Assembly: GCA_051748045.1 (NCBI GenBank)
Contig: JBNJGY010000004.1
Location: forward strand, 1-64,000
DNA from: Thermotogota bacterium
GTDB lineage: Bacteria; Thermotogota; Thermotogae; Petrotogales; Petrotogaceae
Reading direction: 5' to 3'
DNA length: 64,000 nucleotides
Within the stretch, counting starts at the first letter, position 1. Each line of letters starts with the position of its first letter. Below are positions 58,620 to 64,000 of this stretch, piece by piece. A model generated the notes under the pieces. That model saw nothing but the letters and a program-made list of their open reading frames with translations, was not told where the DNA came from and did no database searches. The position numbers and the translations under genes were made by a program.

Positions 58620-59864
58620 TCATTTAATATGAACATTAACAAAATCTTTATTATTTTCAGAAAAAAATTCCACAGTAATAAAAGAACCTGATGTTGAATA
58701 AAATTTATTACTAAAATATCTTTCTAAATCAATTACCATAATTTTTGAAATGTTTTCTTTTTTCTCAAGACTTTGATATGTTCTAAGATATTTAAACCTT
58801 TTTACTTCTCCCAAATATACTCGCATGTTCTCAGGAATCAAAGTAGAAAAAATTGTTTCATTATTATCGTAATATACATAGACTGAGTTCCCAACTTTTT
58901 CATGGCTTAAACGAAAATATGAAAATGATCCCAATCTACCTTGTACCAAATTTTTTCTATCCAAAAAATCTTCAATTTTATCTAAATTTAATTGAGAAAA
59001 TACTAAAAAAGAATACTCTTTATCATCCAGGATATTTCTTGAATCAACCATAATAAATTCTTCATCATTAATTCCGTTCAAGACATAATCAAAATTTTCC
59101 TCAGAAAATTTATCATGTGGAATTAAAAACTCTTGAATATAATCTATAAATTTATTTTTTGTAATTTTATTTATTTTTAATACATCACCAAATATTTTCT
59201 CTTCTTCTAAATCCCTAATGTTAAAGTTTTTATCAAGATAACTATTAGATTCAGACTCAAAATAACCATTTAGAGTCCTATTTTCAACAGTAAAATAATA
59301 ATTCCAACTTTTATTTTCTTGAAAAAAGTTCTTTATTTTTCCATAAATTAAAGATGTCGATGGTTCTGAAATATCTATTTCTTGATCTTGGATAAAGCTA
59401 GTCCCATTTTCATTATTAAAAACTTGAACCTCATTATTTTCAGTTATATATTTCCCATTTTCATAATCATAATCAAAAACATTTTCTAAAACATCATTTA
59501 TTGTAGTTGCATCTTTTGACGAAGTAGTAAAATATTCAGATTCATCAATGATTTTTTTTAGAATCTGGAGATAATTCGGATTAAGAAAATCATTAAAAGT
59601 ATATTCTTTATTAGAATATATTTCTAGAGAATTATTAAATAAATTATTCAAATCTGTCGCATCAGAAGTTATTTGATTATCTAAAAACTTAAGAAAATAG
59701 CTATAACCAATTCCCTCTTTTGAATTTATAAATCTCAAAAGAGGTACCTCATTTAAAACTCTATCGTATATATTTTTTATATTTTTTATTTTGATTTCTG
59801 TAGTTGAAGAATAGCCAAGAACAACTGAAATTATAATCAAAATCAATGATAATCTAAACTTCAT
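58620..59864 (-). CDS. Hypothetical exported protein
   Basis: 414-aa ORF with GAGG SD and a signal peptide; within the operon. Confidence 0.7.
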   Translation of the reverse strand: MKFRLSLILIIISVVLGYSSTTEIKIKNIKNIYDRVLNEVPLLRFINSKEGIGYSYFLKFLDNQITSDATDLNNLFNNSLEIYSNKEYTFNDFLNPNYLQILKKIIDESEYFTTSSKDATTINDVLENVFDYDYENGKYITENNEVQVFNNENGTSFIQDQEIDISEPSTSLIYGKIKNFFQENKSWNYYFTVENRTLNGYFESESNSYLDKNFNIRDLEEEKIFGDVLKINKITKNKFIDYIQEFLIPHDKFSEENFDYVLNGINDEEFIMVDSRNILDDKEYSFLVFSQLNLDKIEDFLDRKNLVQGRLGSFSYFRLSHEKVGNSVYVYYDNNETIFSTLIPENMRVYLGEVKRFKYLRTYQSLEKKENISKIMVIDLERYFSNKFYSTSGSFITVEFFSENNKDFVNVHIK

Positions 59865-59876
59865 AATACACCTCTA

Positions 59877-60596
59877 TTAATATTTCACAATATGTGCAAG
59901 AAATTCTTTATTCCCTTTTGTTCCTTTTATTGGAGATTCAATAACTTTTAATACTTTAAATCCATATGATTCAAATTCTTCTAAAACATTTTTTAAAGAG
60001 TTATGAAGAATTTTATTGTTTGTTACTATTCCATTATTTATATTACTACTACCAACTTCAAATTGTGGTTTTATTAATGCTATTAAATCGCCTTTTTCTT
60101 TTAAATTGTTAAAAAAAGTATTTATCAATTTCGTTATAGATATAAACGATACATCGCAACATATAAAATCTACCTTTTCTTCATTTCTGAAGTCTCTTGC
60201 GTTGGTATTTTCTTTAAGTATAATTTTGTCTTCTTTTCTTAATTTTGAATGTAATTGCTCTGATCCCACATCTATAGCATAAATCTTTTTAACATTATTT
60301 TCTAAAAGAACTTGACTAAATCCTCCTGTTGAGCTACCAATATCCATACATATTTTTTCATTCAAATCGATGTCAAAATCATCTATGGCTTTTAAAAGTT
60401 TAAAAGCACCTCTTCCTACGTATTTATAATTTTCAAGCACATCTATTTTAGAATCATTTTTAACTATAAAAGAAGGTTTATTGATTTTTTTACCATCTAC
60501 TAATACCTTTCCATCTTTTATAAGTCTTCTAGATTTTTCTCTAGATTCTACCAATTGGTTTATTGATAGATACTTATCAAGTCTTATTTTTAACAC
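59877..60596 (-). CDS. tlyA: TlyA-family rRNA methyltransferase (S4 + FtsJ)
   Basis: RLDKYL, YVGRGAFKL, DIGSSTGGF, DVSFIS, LIKPQFE and GNKEF motifs. Confidence 0.93.
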   Translation of the reverse strand: MLKIRLDKYLSINQLVESREKSRRLIKDGKVLVDGKKINKPSFIVKNDSKIDVLENYKYVGRGAFKLLKAIDDFDIDLNEKICMDIGSSTGGFSQVLLENNVKKIYAIDVGSEQLHSKLRKEDKIILKENTNARDFRNEEKVDFICCDVSFISITKLINTFFNNLKEKGDLIALIKPQFEVGSSNINNGIVTNNKILHNSLKNVLEEFESYGFKVLKVIESPIKGTKGNKEFLAHIVKY

Positions 60597-60637
60597 TCCT
60601 AATTATATAATAATAAGTTTAAAGTTCTCTGAATAAC

Positions 60638-61792
60638 TCATTTTATGTATATATTTACAATATTATCTTTTATCTCCAAAAAATAATTATTATTTTCATA
60701 ATCTTCTTCAGGCACATAACTAGGCATATTATAAAATAGTGAATAAACATTACCACTTTTAAATATACCGCCTTCAAAATTAATAGTATATTGCTCCATT
60801 TTAAACGTATTTAATTGTATTGAAGTATCATCAATGTTTACATTCATAGGCGATCTTCCAAAGTCTTTGTATAATTCTTTTGACCCCATGGAAACTAACT
60901 CGCCAGCAGAGCTTATTAAATACACTGTTTTATTATATTCAATTACATATGCAACTGAACCTTTAAAAGAATATCTGTCATTTATCTTTTCTATATCTCC
61001 ATAATTTGAAAAAAATCTAGATTTTGTAACAACTGGATCTCCTTCGTTAGGAAACCATATTGAAAAAGGCTCACCGTATAAAAAGACTCCACTTTTAATC
61101 TCATATGCCTTATACAACTTTGTTTCCACTTTATTAAAAATATTCTGCTTCTGTAAGTTTATATTAAAAGAACTACTTGCATAAGAAGTTAAGTCATATC
61201 TATAAGTTTCAACACCATCATAAATTTCAAATTTTGTTGGGGGAATTGACATTTCAGAAGGTAATTTTATTTTTTCATCATTTAGAAAAACAAATTCTTG
61301 TTCTCCTTTTATATTGACATCAATGAAATTGCTTGGAATATGAACTATTCTTTTGCCAAAAGGAGGGTTAAATGTATAACTATAAACAATACCATCTTTT
61401 TCCAATTTAATGTTAATTTCGCTATTCCAAGAAAAAAAAGCTGAAGTTCTCGTTGAATCCTCAGTAATAACATTTGAATTATCTGAAATGACAAATATGC
61501 TTCTTGAATTAGTATTTAATAATTTTTTCAATGCACTATCTAGATCAACAATAGAAGTTTGAATAGTATTGTTTTTATATTTCAGTTCATAATTTCCCCT
61601 TTTATAATTAACTTCCAAAGTTTCATTTTCACCTGAAGGAGGAATTGTTATATCAGCATATTTATATACAACACTGAAAATATCCAAATAATTTTCAATT
61701 GGACCATTGTATACAAATCCAATTTTCTCCACAGATAATGAAATTATAGATAAAAAAATAAATAAAATCATAACTAAGATTTTTTTCTTCAT
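60638..61792 (-). CDS. Hypothetical exported beta-rich protein
   Basis: 384-aa ORF with a signal peptide. Confidence 0.7.
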   Translation of the reverse strand: MKKKILVMILFIFLSIISLSVEKIGFVYNGPIENYLDIFSVVYKYADITIPPSGENETLEVNYKRGNYELKYKNNTIQTSIVDLDSALKKLLNTNSRSIFVISDNSNVITEDSTRTSAFFSWNSEINIKLEKDGIVYSYTFNPPFGKRIVHIPSNFIDVNIKGEQEFVFLNDEKIKLPSEMSIPPTKFEIYDGVETYRYDLTSYASSSFNINLQKQNIFNKVETKLYKAYEIKSGVFLYGEPFSIWFPNEGDPVVTKSRFFSNYGDIEKINDRYSFKGSVAYVIEYNKTVYLISSAGELVSMGSKELYKDFGRSPMNVNIDDTSIQLNTFKMEQYTINFEGGIFKSGNVYSLFYNMPSYVPEEDYENNNYFLEIKDNIVNIYIK

Positions 61793-61811
61793 CTTTTGAA
61801 CCTTCTTTTAA

Positions 61812-62549
61812 TCAATATAATATTTTATAAAAATATAAACCATCAGGTGGTGCTGAAGCTGGTGCTTTTGACCTATCTTTTGCATCTATTATTTCTTTTA
61901 CTCTATTTGGTTCCCAAGTACCTGTTCCCACTTTTGTTAGTGTTCCTACTATATTTCTAACCATTCTCCTTAAGAAAGAAACACCTTCAACTCTAACTAA
62001 AATCATATTTTTGTTTAATTTTATTATTCTAACTCTATCTATTTGTCTCATAGGATTTCTATCATCATTCCCAGATTTAAAAGAGCTAAAATCATGCTCT
62101 CCCTCAAAATGTCTTGCAGCATTTCTCATTTTTTTAATATCTAGTTCATAAGGAAACCACCATACCCTATTTCTTAAAAAAATATCAGGATCCTTTTTTG
62201 TATATATATAATAATGATAAATTCTTTTTTTTGCCATAAACCTTGGGTTAAAATTTTTTGCAACTTCCTCAACTTTCCTTATATAAATATCAGAAGGTAG
62301 AACAGAATTAAGTGCATCTTTTATATTTTGAATACTCATATTATCATTAGGAACTTTAAAAGCTATTGTTTGTCCATAACCATGAACTCCAGTATCTGTC
62401 CTCCCAGCTCCATGAGAAAAAACTGATTGTTTAAATATTTTTTCGAGTGCTTTTTCAAACTCCCCTTGTACTGTTCTAACATTTCTCTGCCCTTGATATC
62501 CAAAAAAATCTGTTCCATCATAAGCAACTGTAGCTGCAACCATTCTCAT
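61812..62549 (-). CDS. truA: tRNA pseudouridine(38-40) synthase
   Basis: [23 protein letters not shown] and FLRRMVR motifs. Start at ATG 62549. Confidence 0.96.
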   Translation of the reverse strand: MRMVAATVAYDGTDFFGYQGQRNVRTVQGEFEKALEKIFKQSVFSHGAGRTDTGVHGYGQTIAFKVPNDNMSIQNIKDALNSVLPSDIYIRKVEEVAKNFNPRFMAKKRIYHYYIYTKKDPDIFLRNRVWWFPYELDIKKMRNAARHFEGEHDFSSFKSGNDDRNPMRQIDRVRIIKLNKNMILVRVEGVSFLRRMVRNIVGTLTKVGTGTWEPNRVKEIIDAKDRSKAPASAPPDGLYFYKILY

Positions 62550-62578
62550 ATTTATTCCTCCATACAAATCTAATAATA

Positions 62579-63160
62579 TTATAAGGTTTTTTGCATAATA
62601 GATTTTTCTAATATTTTATAAGTTATAGATGACTCATGCTCTACTAAAAGATCAATATTTTTGCCATATAATCTCTCATAAACCCTAATCAAATATAAGT
62701 TTACAAACTTGGTAACCCTAGATGAAATAGCGTCTCTGTTCTTTCCAGGTAAATCTTTTGAAATATTTTCTATCCAATAATCATAATTAGCTAAAACATC
62801 TTTAGTTTTTATAAGAGTGTTAAAAGAACTAATAACATTTCTCAAACCTAAGTGTCTAGAAATAACTTCAACATGATCACCATAAAGATCTCTTACCTCA
62901 TCAGAAATAAAATCAACATACAGTGTTTTTAATGATTTTTTCTTTCTGAGATCTGTTTTTAGAAATCTTCTTATCCCAGATAAATCACCATTCTGTTCTG
63001 TAGCTATGAAATAAGAGATAAAACCAGAATTAGAGGATATTGAATCCTCTTCATCTGGTGATATATCTTTAAATATAATTGTATCATTATTTATAAATTC
63101 GTATTTTTCTGTAGAAAAATAATCGCCCTTATCTGTTAACATAAGGCATTCAAATTGCAT
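62579..63160 (-). CDS. Hypothetical protein
   Basis: 193-aa ORF with GAGGGTGA SD, inside the operon. Confidence 0.7.
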   Translation of the reverse strand: MQFECLMLTDKGDYFSTEKYEFINNDTIIFKDISPDEEDSISSNSGFISYFIATEQNGDLSGIRRFLKTDLRKKKSLKTLYVDFISDEVRDLYGDHVEVISRHLGLRNVISSFNTLIKTKDVLANYDYWIENISKDLPGKNRDAISSRVTKFVNLYLIRVYERLYGKNIDLLVEHESSITYKILEKSIMQKTL

Positions 63161-63177
63161 TTTTCACCCTCTTTAAA

Positions 63178-64000
63178 TCATTGTTTGTTGATTAACTCAG
63201 AAACAGAATTCTCAGCATCATCAATATATTTAAGCGCTTCTTCTTCATTTCTTCCTCTAACTAAAACATAAAATTTAATTTTAGGCTCTGTTCCTGAAGG
63301 TCTAGCTATTAATTTAATATCTCCATATCTTAACTCTATTACATTTGATTTAGGTAAATTATTAATACCTTTATTGTAATCAACTGTTTCTTTTAGAGCA
63401 TGACCAGATATATTTATTGGTGGTTCTTTTCTCATGGTGTTTATTATATTTATTATTTTTTGTGAACCAGAATACCCTTCAAATTTAAAAGAGAACAATT
63501 TTTCTTTATAATAACCATATTTTTCATTTAGTTCTTCCATATATTCTCTCAGATTTTTTCCTTGAGCTTTTAACTCTGAAGCGAGAGTAACAATAAGAGC
63601 GCTGGCTATAACAGCGTCTTTATCTCTTGCGTGAGTATTTGCAAGATATCCATAACTTTCTTCAAAACCAAAAATAAATTTGTTTTCACCTGTAGATTCA
63701 TACTCTTCAATTTTTTCTCCAATGAATTTAAATCCTGTTAACGTTTCAACAACTTTTACTCCATAGTCTTTTGCAATCTCTTTGATCATATCCGTAGATA
63801 CAACTGTTTTTAAAATAACTGCATTTTTAGGCAAAGAAGCGTGTTCTTTCATTTTCGTGATGATAAAATGACTTAGCATAACTCCCATTTCATTTCCATT
63901 GAAAGTAGAATAATCATTACCATTTTTCTCAAAAACACCAATTCTATCTGAGTCAGGATCTGTCGCCATTACTATATCAGCATTTTTCTTTTTGGCCAAT
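63178..64000 (-). CDS. Phosphoglucomutase/phosphomannomutase (3' part; begins beyond the window)
   Basis: DPDSDR, GFEESYG and RPSGTEPKIKFY motifs. Confidence 0.93.
   Translation of the reverse strand, partial: LAKKKNADIVMATDPDSDRIGVFEKNGNDYSTFNGNEMGVMLSHFIITKMKEHASLPKNAVILKTVVSTDMIKEIAKDYGVKVVETLTGFKFIGEKIEEYESTGENKFIFGFEESYGYLANTHARDKDAVIASALIVTLASELKAQGKNLREYMEELNEKYGYYKEKLFSFKFEGYSGSQKIINIINTMRKEPPINISGHALKETVDYNKGINNLPKSNVIELRYGDIKLIARPSGTEPKIKFYVLVRGRNEEEALKYIDDAENSVSELINKQ

Noticed and set aside
469..60282. Other short (60-113 aa) ORFs lying opposite confident genes
   Set aside because: They are nested antisense to well-supported CDSs and have no independent coding evidence.
59877..60596. 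TlyA as a haemolysin or virulence factor
   Set aside because: The S4 + FtsJ architecture and housekeeping context indicate an rRNA methyltransferase.
1..64000. CRISPR array, prophage, IS element or defence system
   Set aside because: No regularly spaced direct repeats, cas, transposase, phage or restriction genes were recognised, and all intergenic gaps are under about 350 bp.

Overview
AT-rich bacterial chromosomal segment made mostly of core genes. The gene styles (spoVS, Na+-PPase, PPDK, SecA without a zinc finger, long periplasmic YidC) suggest Thermotogota, possibly Petrotogales; this is an inference. From left to right it contains: folT with a THF riboswitch; a ROK kinase-ppx-ppk1 polyphosphate operon; hppA and a degenerate PfkA paralogue; yajC-secD-secF; rpmH-rnpA-yidD-yidC-jag without dnaA; dprA and glgB; a LacI-galT-galK-MFS-ABC galactose locus with three readable operators; spoVS; a GAF-GGDEF protein; ppdK followed by a tandem duplication of a Na+-decarboxylase beta subunit, the second copy co-transcribed with a ferredoxin and an orphan 2-oxoacid oxidoreductase alpha subunit; tRNA-Asp; rsmH-ftsL-ftsI-holA; secA-prfB; tlyA, truA and a phosphohexomutase. 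I saw no CRISPR array, prophage, integrase or transposase. The best candidates for undescribed biology are the oadB/oadB-ferredoxin-korA module lacking its usual partners, and two apparent pseudo-enzymes (Ppx and Pfk) inside a polyP/PPi gene neighbourhood. All protein calls come from motif recognition by eye, not database searches.
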